Positions 49,681 through 58,888 of a DNA stretch of 64,000 nt are shown in pieces (the stretch's first letter is position 1; each line of letters starts with the position of its first letter). The DNA is from an uncultured Pseudomonadales bacterium (GTDB lineage Bacteria; Pseudomonadota; Gammaproteobacteria; Pseudomonadales; JADFDG01), in NCBI GenBank assembly GCA_964574995.1, contig CAZNPF010000006.1, forward strand, positions 42,877 through 106,876. Reading direction: 5' to 3'. The notes beneath the pieces are model-generated. The model saw nothing but the letters and a program-made list of their open reading frames with translations. It ran no database searches and had not been told where the DNA came from. The translations under genes were made by a program, and so were the position numbers.

Positions 49681-50195
49681 CTGCGCAAAAATCCATCACC
49701 ACACAAACGCCCCTGCAAGCACTCGCGGCGCAGTTGTCCGCGTTGCAGCCGCGTCAACTGCTTTCCTTGGGATCACCCACCGCGGAAGCACTTGCCGCAT
49801 TGCAAGCCGGCATGCAGATCAACGCACGCCACGATGTGCGCTCGGTGGACGATCTCGCCCACGAACCCCGCTATGACTGCGCGTTACTGGCAGATTTTCT
49901 TGAGCATCTGTCGCGCGCAGATGGCATCGCGGTGCTGGGCCGCTTGCGCAACTTGCACGCGGCACAACTGCTCGTCTTCTTCGATCACACCAGCAGCCGC
50001 GAACGCTGGACACTCGACGATTTCATCTCGCTCGGGTTCCGCCACGACGCGACGCTGCAAAGCAAAACCGATGACGGTCACGCACGCCAGCTGTCGCTGT
50101 ACAGCTATGACATTGCCAACTACAACCACGTACGCGACTGGAACAATCCTCGCTTCTGGGCCAACCCGGAGATGTGGGGCAAGTATTTCTGGTAA
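49677..50195 (+). CDS. hypothetical protein (degenerate methyltransferase-like fold?)
   Basis: A 172-aa ORF with an ATGA overlap with the preceding gene. The YDCALLADFLEHL...LLVFF segment resembles the post-motif-II region of class I methyltransferases, but I see no GxGxG SAM loop. The C-terminus is YNHVRDWNNPRFWANPEMWGKYFW. Confidence 0.5.
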   Translation: MTAQKSITTQTPLQALAAQLSALQPRQLLSLGSPTAEALAALQAGMQINARHDVRSVDDLAHEPRYDCALLADFLEHLSRADGIAVLGRLRNLHAAQLLVFFDHTSSRERWTLDDFISLGFRHDATLQSKTDDGHARQLSLYSYDIANYNHVRDWNNPRFWANPEMWGKYFW

Positions 50196-50370
50196 ACGCT
50201 AGCAGACTTATCCACAGGCGGCCCGCCTAAAAAGCCGCCTTCGCGCCCAATTTCATACGCCGTTTGCCCGGAATGGCTGTCAGACAAATCATTTTGGAGC
50301 GCTTGGCAAACCTGCTACTGTTGCCCCGCCCTTGATGGCTGACTAAGAAATAAATCGCGGACCCGGACGC

Positions 50371-50805
50371 ATGGCGAACTACCACATTCATCTGAACTGG
50401 GACGCGGCTTCTTCCGCCAACAGTTACCGCTGGTTGCTTGACGACGGCACAGAAATTGTCGGCGCACCGACCAGCAACAATGAAAGCAGTGGTCGCTTTT
50501 TGGATCCCGAAGAAGCATTCGTCGGCTCACTCGCCAGTTGTCACATGTTGTCCTTTCTGGCGGCAGCGGCCAAAGCCGGCTTTCAGGTGACGCGTTACGA
50601 AGATGACGCGCACGGCTCACTCGATAAAAACCCGCAAGGTCGAATTGCCGTCACGCAAGTGGTGTTGCAACCGATGGTTGCATTCGGTGGCGAAAAACGC
50701 CCGACAGTCGACGAGCTCAAGCAACTGCACGAGAAAGCCAACCGCGACTGCTTTATTGCCAATTCGGTCAAAACCGACATCGTGGTGACGCCGCGATCAG
50801 CCTAA
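50371..50805 (+). CDS. OsmC/Ohr-family protein
   Basis: Two conserved Cys contexts, SLASCHML and NRDCFIANS. About 144 aa. Confidence 0.8.
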   Translation: MANYHIHLNWDAASSANSYRWLLDDGTEIVGAPTSNNESSGRFLDPEEAFVGSLASCHMLSFLAAAAKAGFQVTRYEDDAHGSLDKNPQGRIAVTQVVLQPMVAFGGEKRPTVDELKQLHEKANRDCFIANSVKTDIVVTPRSA

Positions 50806-50860
50806 CGATGTGATGACGGCTCTCACGTCGAACCGCCATCAAGCAAGGCAAAAAAACTAA

Positions 50861-50883
50861 AGGGGCCATGCGGCCCCTTTTTG
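50861..50883. terminator. bidirectional rho-independent terminator
   Basis: Stem AGGGGCC / loop ATGC / stem GGCCCCT followed by T5, preceded by an A-run. It lies between the convergent osmC-like gene and folA. Confidence 0.7.
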
Positions 50884-50900
50884 TTGGTGACGAAAAACGT

Positions 50901-51404
50901 TCAGGTGCGCGCGTAAGTCACAAAGCTGTAATCGTACGGATTAGCACCTTCTGCCACAAAACGCTCGCGCTTTTCTTCGCGCCACAGATTGCGATCAAAC
51001 GCTGGGAAAACCGCATCGCCCGCCACAACCGCATGCACTTCCGTGAGGTACAGCCGGTCGCAGCGCGGCAAGGCTTGCGCGTAGATTTCTGCGCCACCGA
51101 TCACCACGCACTCCGCTCCGCCGTCGTTTAACACAACCTGTGCTGCGAGGCGCAAGGCATCGTCCAGACTGGACGCAATCTTGGCGCCTGCGGCCACATA
51201 ATTTTCTTGCCGCGTGATCACGATGTTAGTGCGCCCCGGCAAGGGTCTGCCCAGCGATTCCCACGTTTTGCGGCCCATGACGACCGGCTTACCCATCGTC
51301 ACCGATTTGAAATATTTCAGATCATTGGGCAAATGCCACGGCAATTGATTGTCGCGGCCAATGACGCCGTTTTCTGCCAACGCAGCCATAAGCGAAACAA
51401 TCAT
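50901..51404 (-). CDS. folA: dihydrofolate reductase
   Basis: IGRDNQLPWHLPNDLKYFKSVTMGKPVVMGRKTWES. Confidence 0.92.
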   Translation of the reverse strand: MIVSLMAALAENGVIGRDNQLPWHLPNDLKYFKSVTMGKPVVMGRKTWESLGRPLPGRTNIVITRQENYVAAGAKIASSLDDALRLAAQVVLNDGGAECVVIGGAEIYAQALPRCDRLYLTEVHAVVAGDAVFPAFDRNLWREEKRERFVAEGANPYDYSFVTYART

Positions 51405-52198
51405 TAAACTGCAACCGGCGCCTTGATATGCGCGTGAGATTGATAGCCTTCGAGGGTGAAATCCTCGTAGCGGAAAGCAAACAGGTCTTTTACCGACGGA
51501 TTGATCTTCATCTGCGGCAACGGCAACGGATCCCGCGACAACTGAAGATCCGTTTGCTCCAGATGATTGCTGTACAAGTGGCAGTCACCGCCCGTCCACA
51601 CAAAGTCACCCGGCTTAAGCTCGCAAACTTGCGCCACCATCATCGTCAGTAATGCATAGCTGGCGATATTGAACGGTACGCCCAAAAAAATATCCGCACT
51701 ACGCTGATAAAGCTGGCAGCTCAGTTTTCCGTCTGCCACGTAAAACTGGAAGAACGCATGGCAGGGCGCCAACGCCATTTTTGGAATATCCGCCACGTTC
51801 CACGCGCTGACGATCAATCGACGCGAATCTGGATTGCTTTTGATATCGCGCAGCAATTGCGCGATTTGATCAATATGCTCGCCGCTCGGCGTTGGCCATG
51901 AGCGCCACTGATAGCCGTATACCGGACCTAACTCGCCGCCTTCTTTTGCCCATTCATCCCAAATAGAAACACCGTTTTCCTTGAGATAGCGAATGTTGGT
52001 ATCGCCAGACAGAAACCACAGCAATTCGTGGATGATTGATTTCAGATGCAATTTCTTCGTGGTAACTACCGGGAAACCCTCGGCAAGATCAAACCGCATC
52101 TGATGCCCAAACACGCTGTAGGTGCCCGTACCGGTACGGTCACTTTTGTACACCCCGTGCTCGCGCACATGACGCATCAAATTCAGATACTGCTTCAT
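51404..52198 (-). CDS. thyA: thymidylate synthase
   Basis: [22 protein letters not shown], and the catalytic context [12 protein letters not shown]. Confidence 0.95.
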   Translation of the reverse strand: MKQYLNLMRHVREHGVYKSDRTGTGTYSVFGHQMRFDLAEGFPVVTTKKLHLKSIIHELLWFLSGDTNIRYLKENGVSIWDEWAKEGGELGPVYGYQWRSWPTPSGEHIDQIAQLLRDIKSNPDSRRLIVSAWNVADIPKMALAPCHAFFQFYVADGKLSCQLYQRSADIFLGVPFNIASYALLTMMVAQVCELKPGDFVWTGGDCHLYSNHLEQTDLQLSRDPLPLPQMKINPSVKDLFAFRYEDFTLEGYQSHAHIKAPVAV

Positions 52199-53010
52199 CG
52201 GGCAGCGGCTCCATCAGCAGGCGGCAGGATTTTCTTGCGATAGGCAAGAATCAGCAGAAATAAACCGATCGCCACCAACGGCAAACTCAATAGTTGACCC
52301 ATCGTCAGCCAGTTTCCGTAGAGAAATCCCATCTGCGCATCGGGTTCGCGGAAAAACTCGGTGATGAATCGAAACGTTCCGTAACCCAAGGCAAAGACGC
52401 CAGACACGGCATAGCGTGGGCGTGGACGCATCGAGAAAATCCAGACGATCGCAAACAACAACACGCCATCCGTGAATGCCTGATACAACGGCGAGGGATG
52501 CACCAGATAATCCACACCCGGCCACTGCATGGCCCATGGCAAAGACGGGTCCGCCGCGCGGCCCGGTAATTCGGCATTGATGAAATTGCCGATGCGGCCA
52601 GCACCCAAGCCCAGCGGCACCAGCGGCGCAACAAAATCCATCACATCCCAAAACGATTTGCCATGGCGTCGCGCGAAAAACCACATCGCCAACAACACGC
52701 CCAGCAAACCGCCGTGAAAACTCATGCCACCTTTCCACAGCACGAATACCGATAATGGATTTTCGATAAAGTGCGGAAAATCGTAGAACAGCATGTAACC
52801 CACACGCCCCCCGACAATGACGCCGACGGCTGCGTAAAACACCACATCATCGAGTTGCAGGGTGCTCCAATTGCGCCAGGCTTGGCGGGTGCGCAGCCGG
52901 CCCAGCAACATCGCGCCGACAAAACCCAACAGGTACATCAAGCCGTACCAGTGCACGCCGACCGGCCCGAGACTGATGGCAATGGGATCAGGTTGCGGAT
53001 GAACCAGCAC
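52195..53010 (-). CDS. lgt: prolipoprotein diacylglyceryl transferase
   Basis: [11 protein letters not shown] and [14 protein letters not shown] overlap with thyA. Confidence 0.9.
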   Translation of the reverse strand: MLVHPQPDPIAISLGPVGVHWYGLMYLLGFVGAMLLGRLRTRQAWRNWSTLQLDDVVFYAAVGVIVGGRVGYMLFYDFPHFIENPLSVFVLWKGGMSFHGGLLGVLLAMWFFARRHGKSFWDVMDFVAPLVPLGLGAGRIGNFINAELPGRAADPSLPWAMQWPGVDYLVHPSPLYQAFTDGVLLFAIVWIFSMRPRPRYAVSGVFALGYGTFRFITEFFREPDAQMGFLYGNWLTMGQLLSLPLVAIGLFLLILAYRKKILPPADGAAAR

Positions 53011-53160
53011 GGCAAAACTCCTGTCGATACCCGCTGACTGCGGGCCGCCGGCATTCTACCCTTCATGCCTGCCGATCGGACCTGTTGCGCCGATCCCTCT
53101 CGGCCCTCACTCACTCGGCCATCGCCCGCTCGGCCATGATCACAAGGCATAATCGCCACC

Positions 53161-53910
53161 ATGTGCGTCCTGTTCATCGCTTGGAAATCCCACCCACGTT
53201 ATCGCCTCGTGCTCGCCGGCAACCGCGACGAGTCCCGCGCGCGGCCGACGGCGGCGCTCGAACGCTGGCGCAACCGCCCGGATGTCCTCGGCGGCCGTGA
53301 TCTGCAAAGCGGTGGCAGTTGGCTAGCGGCCAGCACACAAGGCCGATTCGCCGCCGTCACCAATTTCCGTGAAGTGCCGCTGCGCCCCGGGCCGCGTTCT
53401 CGCGGCACGTTGGTGCAGGATTTTGTGTGCGGCAACAGCCTGCCATCGATGTACACCCAGCAACTGGATGCGCAAGCCGATGAGTTCGGTGGCACCAATT
53501 TATTTGCTGGCGACGCGGATTCCTTGTGGCACTGGTCCAATCGCAAACAAGTTGCGCGGCTGCTGTCGCCCGGTCTTTATGGCTTATCCAACGGCATGCT
53601 CGCGGATGACTGGCCAAAAATGCGACGCGGCCGTGAAACGCTAGCGCGTATCGTGGGCGGCGAATCCATCGATGAAGAGGCGCTGTTCACTCTGCTCGCA
53701 GACCGCACGCCCGGCGAAGAACACGAGCTGCCCGACACCGGCGTCGGCCGCGCCATGGAACGCGTGTTATCGCCCATTTTTATTGCCGGCGGCGAATACG
53801 GAACACGCGCCAGTACGTTGCTACTGATTGGTCACGACGGTAGCGTGAAAATGCGCGAGCGCCGCTGGGGTGCCGGCGGTATTTTCGACGGCGAAACAGA
53901 AATTTCGTGA
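53161..53910 (+). CDS. NRDE-family (DUF833/TANGO2-like) protein
   Basis: MCVLFIAWKSHPRYRLVLAGNRDE contains the literal NRDE motif. Confidence 0.8.
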   Translation: MCVLFIAWKSHPRYRLVLAGNRDESRARPTAALERWRNRPDVLGGRDLQSGGSWLAASTQGRFAAVTNFREVPLRPGPRSRGTLVQDFVCGNSLPSMYTQQLDAQADEFGGTNLFAGDADSLWHWSNRKQVARLLSPGLYGLSNGMLADDWPKMRRGRETLARIVGGESIDEEALFTLLADRTPGEEHELPDTGVGRAMERVLSPIFIAGGEYGTRASTLLLIGHDGSVKMRERRWGAGGIFDGETEIS

Positions 53911-53943
53911 GTCGCAAGCAACGTCCTGACGGAGTAAACACGC

Positions 53944-54825
53944 ATGCATAACGCACGACGTCATCGCCACTGGAATCGCTACTGGATTCGGATCATTCCC
54001 GCATTGATGCTGGCTAGTCTGCCCGTTCTCGCCAGCGCAAAAGTGGGCTTCGCGCTGGGTGGTGACAGCGTGCGTGAAACTTACAACTTTCCAGCCGGTG
54101 AAGCGGAAGTCGATTGGACACGCATCACACTCATGCCTTGGTGGAAGTCAGGCCCTTGGGATGTAAAAGCTGAAATTCCGTATCTCATTCGCAACGCCAG
54201 CACGACTGGCACGACCGCTGCAATACAACATCAGAACGGCACGTGGACGCCGGTTCTGTTGCTCAGCGATACCGAAGAAAGCGATCAAGGACTCGGCGAC
54301 ATTTACACCAGCGTCAGTTACTCCTGGCAACCCGAAGGAAAACGTTGGCTGCGGCCTTATTTGGTTACCGAAGTGAAATTGCCTACCGGCGATGCAGACG
54401 CCATCGAATATTATTTTGATCCGTCTTTTTCCAACAGTGGACGCAGCAGCAGCGCCATTTCTTTTGGCAACGGCAGCACTGATGTCCGCGTTGGGCCGGG
54501 TCTGGAGGCACGCAACCCAACCGGTTGGCTGCGTGGAGAGGTGTCGCAAATCTGGTCAAAAGACAACGGCGACTTTCCCACGCAAGATCGCTTTGCGGCT
54601 TACGCCGGCCTCGGCTACACGCCGCTGGACTGGCTGGAACTCACCACGTACTACAACTTTGAAGGTGAAGTGACCGACAAGGCCGGCGATCTCAACCAAG
54701 TGACGTATGCCGTGCTCATCCGACCACGCAACAGCAAATTAACCGTTTCTATTTCGACATATGAAAATAACGATGCCCCAGACCCCAGTAAAAATTGGTC
54801 GATTGGCATGATGGCAGGCTTTTGA
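53944..54825 (+). CDS. outer-membrane beta-barrel protein (MetA-pathway/transporter-like family?)
   Basis: Signal-like IIPALMLASLPVLASA, alternating strand pattern, and a C-terminal ...MMAGF. Confidence 0.55.
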   Translation: MHNARRHRHWNRYWIRIIPALMLASLPVLASAKVGFALGGDSVRETYNFPAGEAEVDWTRITLMPWWKSGPWDVKAEIPYLIRNASTTGTTAAIQHQNGTWTPVLLLSDTEESDQGLGDIYTSVSYSWQPEGKRWLRPYLVTEVKLPTGDADAIEYYFDPSFSNSGRSSSAISFGNGSTDVRVGPGLEARNPTGWLRGEVSQIWSKDNGDFPTQDRFAAYAGLGYTPLDWLELTTYYNFEGEVTDKAGDLNQVTYAVLIRPRNSKLTVSISTYENNDAPDPSKNWSIGMMAGF

Positions 54826-54901
54826 TTTTTGCCCGAAATCTATAAACGTTTTCCCCATTAAAAACGGGCGATAAACAAAAAGGCGGCCCAAAAGAGCGGC
54901 T

Positions 54902-54931
54902 AAAAAAGGGCGGAATGATCCGCCCTTTTTT
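54902..54931. terminator. bidirectional rho-independent terminator
   Basis: Stem AAGGGCGG (54906-54913) / loop AATGAT / stem CCGCCCTT (54920-54927), with A6 before and T6 after. It lies between the convergent OMP gene and leuA. Confidence 0.7.
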
Positions 54932-54957
54932 ATTCCCTACGCTCAGCGTTCACGTCC

Positions 54958-56613
54958 TCACGCGGCGGCGCTACGCCCACTCACTTGCCGCCCAACCGCA
55001 CTCAACACCGCCTGCAGCGTCGCAGTCGTGGTGTCTTCGGCCAAGGCAACGCCCACGGTGACATCTTCGCCCACGCGCAACTTCACGCAGGCCATCGCGC
55101 TAGCACCGGTGCCAGAACCGAGCGCGTATTCGTCGAACGCTTCGATCTGCCCCGTCACGCCATGCACACGTTTCACCGCGTCCATCAGCGCCTCAACTGC
55201 ACCATGACCTTCGCCTTTGACACTCTTACCTTCGATGGCAACATCCACGCTCACTTTGTCACCGCTGCGCTTGATGTCGTAATTACCGATACGCCAGCCT
55301 TGCGGCACAGTGACGTAGGACGTATCGAACAATTGACGAATCGCTGCGCCTTCCACCTCACCACCCGTTTTCTCGGCGTGATTCTGCACCACTCGTGAAA
55401 ACTCGATCTGCAACCAACGCGGCAAAGTGATTCCAAAATCACGCTCCAACACATACAGCACACCGCCTTTGCCGGACTGGCTGTTGATGCGCACCACTTC
55501 TTCGTAACGACGACCCAGATCACGTGGATCGATCGGCAAGTACGCCACCTGCCACGGCTCGCTGTCTTTTTGTTTCGCCAACGATTTACGAATCGCATCT
55601 TGATGGCTGCCGCTGAACGCGGTGTACACCAATTCGCCTACGTAGGCATGACGCGGTGCCGTTTTGATCTCGGTGCAATATTCCACCGTGTCGACGATGC
55701 GTCGAAGATCTGAAAAATCAATCGTTGGATCGATGCCCTGCGAATACAAATTCATGCCCATGGTAACGAGGCACATATTGCCGGTGCGCTCGCCATTGCC
55801 CAGCAAGGTGCCTTCGACACGATCCGCTCCCGCCATCACCGCCAACTCTGCTGCAGCCACACCGCAGCCGCGGTCATTATGGGTGTGCAAGCTCACGCGC
55901 AATGCGTCGCGGTGCTTAATGCTTCGGCACATCCATTCGATCTGATCGGCATAAACGTTCGGGGTTGCCACTTCGACCGTTGCCGGCAAATTGATAACAA
56001 CTTTTTGGCCTTTTTCCGGTTGCCAGACATCCACCACCGCGTTGACCACTTCCAAGGCGTAATCCAGTTCAGTGCCGGTAAAACTCTCCGGCGAGTACTG
56101 AAACTCCCATTGCGTTTCCGGTGCTTTTGCGGCGTGCGCCTTCACCCATTGTGCGCCCTGAATAGCAATCGCCTTGATCGCTGCGCGGTCGAGACCAAAC
56201 ACGCGCTCGCGTTGCACCGTGGATGTGGAGTTGTAAATGTGTACGTTGGCTTTTTTTGCGCCTTTAAGCGCTTCAAAACTACGCTTGATCAAATCTTCGC
56301 GACACTGGCAAAGAATTTGTACGGTGACATCATCGGGCACCATGCCTTCTTCGATGATTTTGCGCGTGAAATCGAAATCCGGTTGCGACGCCGACGGAAA
56401 ACCGACTTCGATTTCCTTGTAACCCATATCCACCAGCAGCTTGAACATTCGCGTTTTCTGGTCGATGTTCATCGGCTTGACCAGCGCTTGATTGCCGTCA
56501 CGCAAATCGACCGAGCACCAGTCCGGCGCTTTGCTGATGACCTTCGATGGCCACTGGCGATCCGGGAGATTGATGGTCGGATAGGCGGCGTACTTGCGGT
56601 GGTCGTAGGCCAT
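54958..56613 (-). CDS. leuA: 2-isopropylmalate synthase (long LeuA type)
   Basis: WCSVDLRDGNQAL, HTHNDRGCGVA, and a C-terminal LeuA dimerisation/regulatory domain. Confidence 0.95.
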   Translation of the reverse strand: MAYDHRKYAAYPTINLPDRQWPSKVISKAPDWCSVDLRDGNQALVKPMNIDQKTRMFKLLVDMGYKEIEVGFPSASQPDFDFTRKIIEEGMVPDDVTVQILCQCREDLIKRSFEALKGAKKANVHIYNSTSTVQRERVFGLDRAAIKAIAIQGAQWVKAHAAKAPETQWEFQYSPESFTGTELDYALEVVNAVVDVWQPEKGQKVVINLPATVEVATPNVYADQIEWMCRSIKHRDALRVSLHTHNDRGCGVAAAELAVMAGADRVEGTLLGNGERTGNMCLVTMGMNLYSQGIDPTIDFSDLRRIVDTVEYCTEIKTAPRHAYVGELVYTAFSGSHQDAIRKSLAKQKDSEPWQVAYLPIDPRDLGRRYEEVVRINSQSGKGGVLYVLERDFGITLPRWLQIEFSRVVQNHAEKTGGEVEGAAIRQLFDTSYVTVPQGWRIGNYDIKRSGDKVSVDVAIEGKSVKGEGHGAVEALMDAVKRVHGVTGQIEAFDEYALGSGTGASAMACVKLRVGEDVTVGVALAEDTTTATLQAVLSAVGRQVSGRSAAA

Positions 56614-56865
56614 GACAGGCTCCCAGTTCAGGTTGTGCTTATGTCGTGCGTGTTTCGCGCGGGTCGCGCTAGAGATTGACGGGAAGACCGCCAGCGGGCG
56701 GGTAACCCTCGGCGGCCTTCAAGGTCGGGCGCGGGATCGCCACGACATCCGACCGGAGGCAAAGTCTAGGCGTCTCCGCACGCAACAGGCTTGCGAAATT
56801 GCCTATAAATGCTGAATTATTGGCAGATAATTGCTAACTTTGCTCATAAACGGCCTTGAACCACC

Positions 56866-57345
56866 ATGCCTGACTTCAAACCCGACCGTATTGACCGCCG
56901 CATCCTCGAAGAACTGCAGCAGGACGGCGGCCTGAGCAACCAAGAACTGGCCGAACGGGTCGGGCTGTCGCCCTCACCCTGCCTGCGGCGCGTCAAGGCG
57001 CTAGAAGAAGCCGGCATCATCCTCAAACGGGTCACGCTGCTAGAACGCAAGAAGCTGGGGCTGTCGCTGACCGCGCTAATCCAAATCTCCATGGATCGCC
57101 ACACACCAGAACGCTTTGCCAACTTCGAAGAAAAAGTGGCGCAATATCCGGAAGTGCAAGCGTGTTACCTGATCACCGGTCAGGCGGCGGATTATCAATT
57201 GCTGGTGGTGGTGCCGGACATGGACACTTATCAAGAATTTTTGCTTAACAAAATCACCCGCATCGAAGGCGTGTCCGGCGTGCATTCGAGTTTTGTGATG
57301 CGGCGCGTGAAAGACAGCACCACATTGCCGCTGGGTTATCTTTGA
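56866..57345 (+). CDS. Lrp/AsnC-family transcriptional regulator
   Basis: DRIDRRILEELQQDGGLSNQELAERVGLSPSPCLRRVKALEEAGII HTH plus a RAM domain. It is divergent from leuA. Confidence 0.85.
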   Translation: MPDFKPDRIDRRILEELQQDGGLSNQELAERVGLSPSPCLRRVKALEEAGIILKRVTLLERKKLGLSLTALIQISMDRHTPERFANFEEKVAQYPEVQACYLITGQAADYQLLVVVPDMDTYQEFLLNKITRIEGVSGVHSSFVMRRVKDSTTLPLGYL

Positions 57346-57425
57346 CGAAAGCATGAACTGTGGAATGCGGATTAATCCAGTCACTGATGCTGGGGCGGTC
57401 ACCGACCATAACGACGAGGCGAATC

Positions 57426-58334
57426 ATGGACATCCTGCGCACGCCTGACGATCGCTTTCACCAACTTCCTGGCTACGATTTCACGCCCCATTTTATCGAC
57501 GTCATGCCGAACTTACGCATGCATTACGTGGATGTTGGACCACGCCATGCCGACCCCATTTTGCTGCTACACGGTGAACCCAGCTGGTCTTATCTCTATC
57601 GCCACATGATTCCGTTGCTGGCCGCTGGCGGCCATCGCGTGTTGGCACCGGATCTCATTGGTTTTGGCAAGTCAGACAAGATCGCAGAAAAATCAGCGTA
57701 TTCCTTTGCCAGCCACGTTGCGTGGATGCAGACCTTCATTGAGTCGTTGGATTTGCAACGCATCACGCTGTTCGGTCAAGACTGGGGGTCGCTGATCGGC
57801 TTGCGGCTGGCCGCAGAAAACGAACCGCGTTTTGCGCGTATTGCCATCGGTAACGGCATGCTGCCGACTGGCGATGAAAAAGTGCCGCCCGCGTTCAAAA
57901 TTTGGCGGGCATTCGCACTGTACAGTCCTTGGTTTCCCATCGGTCGCATCGTGGCCAGCGGCGTTGGTCACACGTTATCGAAAGCCGAAATCGCTGCGTA
58001 CGATGCGCCATTTCCCTCTGCCAAGTACAAAGCCGGCGCGCGCGCTTTTCCTGCCTTGGTTCCCGTAACACCGGATAATCCTGCCAGCGCCGCCAATCGC
58101 GCTGCTTGGCAAGTGCTCGCCCGTTGGCATAAACCGTTCCTCACCTGCTTCAGCAGTGGCGATCCCATCACCCGCGGTGCCGATCGTTTTTTGCAAAAAC
58201 GCATCCCTGGTGCGCAAGGTCAGCCACATACCACCGTGCGTGGTGGCCACTTCTTGCAGGAAGATTCGCCTCGTGAGCTGGCGCAAACGCTGCTGGAATT
58301 CATTCAACGAACGCCACGCGATCTGCCGGCATGA
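57426..58334 (+). CDS. haloalkane dehalogenase-like alpha/beta hydrolase
   Basis: The likely start is ATG 57426 (MDILRTPDDRF). LLLHGEPSWSYLYRHMIP, the nucleophile context GQDWGSLIGL, and a C-terminal GGHFLQEDSP. Confidence 0.8.
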   Translation: MDILRTPDDRFHQLPGYDFTPHFIDVMPNLRMHYVDVGPRHADPILLLHGEPSWSYLYRHMIPLLAAGGHRVLAPDLIGFGKSDKIAEKSAYSFASHVAWMQTFIESLDLQRITLFGQDWGSLIGLRLAAENEPRFARIAIGNGMLPTGDEKVPPAFKIWRAFALYSPWFPIGRIVASGVGHTLSKAEIAAYDAPFPSAKYKAGARAFPALVPVTPDNPASAANRAAWQVLARWHKPFLTCFSSGDPITRGADRFLQKRIPGAQGQPHTTVRGGHFLQEDSPRELAQTLLEFIQRTPRDLPA

Positions 58335-58795
58335 AGCGCCTGCTGGTCGTTGCGCACACGCCGTCGCCCAACACGCAGCGATTACTGGAAGCAATCCTGC
58401 GTGGCGCACGGCATCCCGATTTCGGCGGTGCGGTTGAGGTAATACACCGGTCAGCGTTAGAGGCTGGGCCAGACGATCTCCGCGCTTGCAATGCAATCAT
58501 TTTGTTTACGACAGAAAATCTGGGCTACATGAGCGGCGCAATGAAGGATTTTTTTGACCGCAGCTATTACCCAGTGCTGGAAGAAAAACAAGGGCTGCCT
58601 TGTGCCGTGCTCATTCGCGCCGGGCAAGATGGCACCGGGACGCGTCGCGCACTGGAGTCCATACTCACCGGCCTGCGTTGGAAATTGGCGCAAGAACCGC
58701 GTGTGCTGCGCGGTGAGTGGCAAGAGGAATTTTTAGCGCAAGCAGAAGAATTAGGGATGTATGTCGCTGCCGGCCTAGATGCCGGAATTCTGTGA
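58331..58795 (+). CDS. flavodoxin-like fold / NAD(P)H-dependent FMN reductase-like protein
   Basis: MKRLLVVAHTPSPNTQRL and ILFTTENLGYMSGAMKDFFDRSY. ATGA overlap with the dehalogenase gene. Confidence 0.6.
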   Translation: MKRLLVVAHTPSPNTQRLLEAILRGARHPDFGGAVEVIHRSALEAGPDDLRACNAIILFTTENLGYMSGAMKDFFDRSYYPVLEEKQGLPCAVLIRAGQDGTGTRRALESILTGLRWKLAQEPRVLRGEWQEEFLAQAEELGMYVAAGLDAGIL

Positions 58796-58888
58796 GCGCC
58801 GTTTAAGTTCGCCGCGTAATCTTGGCGCTTTAAGCCCTACTGCCGCGCATATTCTGCGACGACTTATCGTTAAAGCCGTAAATGACGA

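Noticed and set aside
50218-50226. A perfect DnaA-box consensus, TTATCCACA.
   Set aside because: It is a single isolated 9-mer with no cluster of boxes, no AT-rich unwinding element and no oriC-type gene context. One occurrence in 64 kb on two strands is plausible by chance.
50304-50324. TGGCA...TTGC, resembling a sigma-54 -24/-12 promoter upstream of the OsmC-like gene.
   Set aside because: The GG-to-GC spacing is 18 nt (or 9 nt using CTGC) instead of the required 12 or so, so it does not fit the consensus geometry.
55879-56679. A 266-aa plus-strand ORF antisense to leuA.
   Set aside because: It is a shadow ORF inside leuA.
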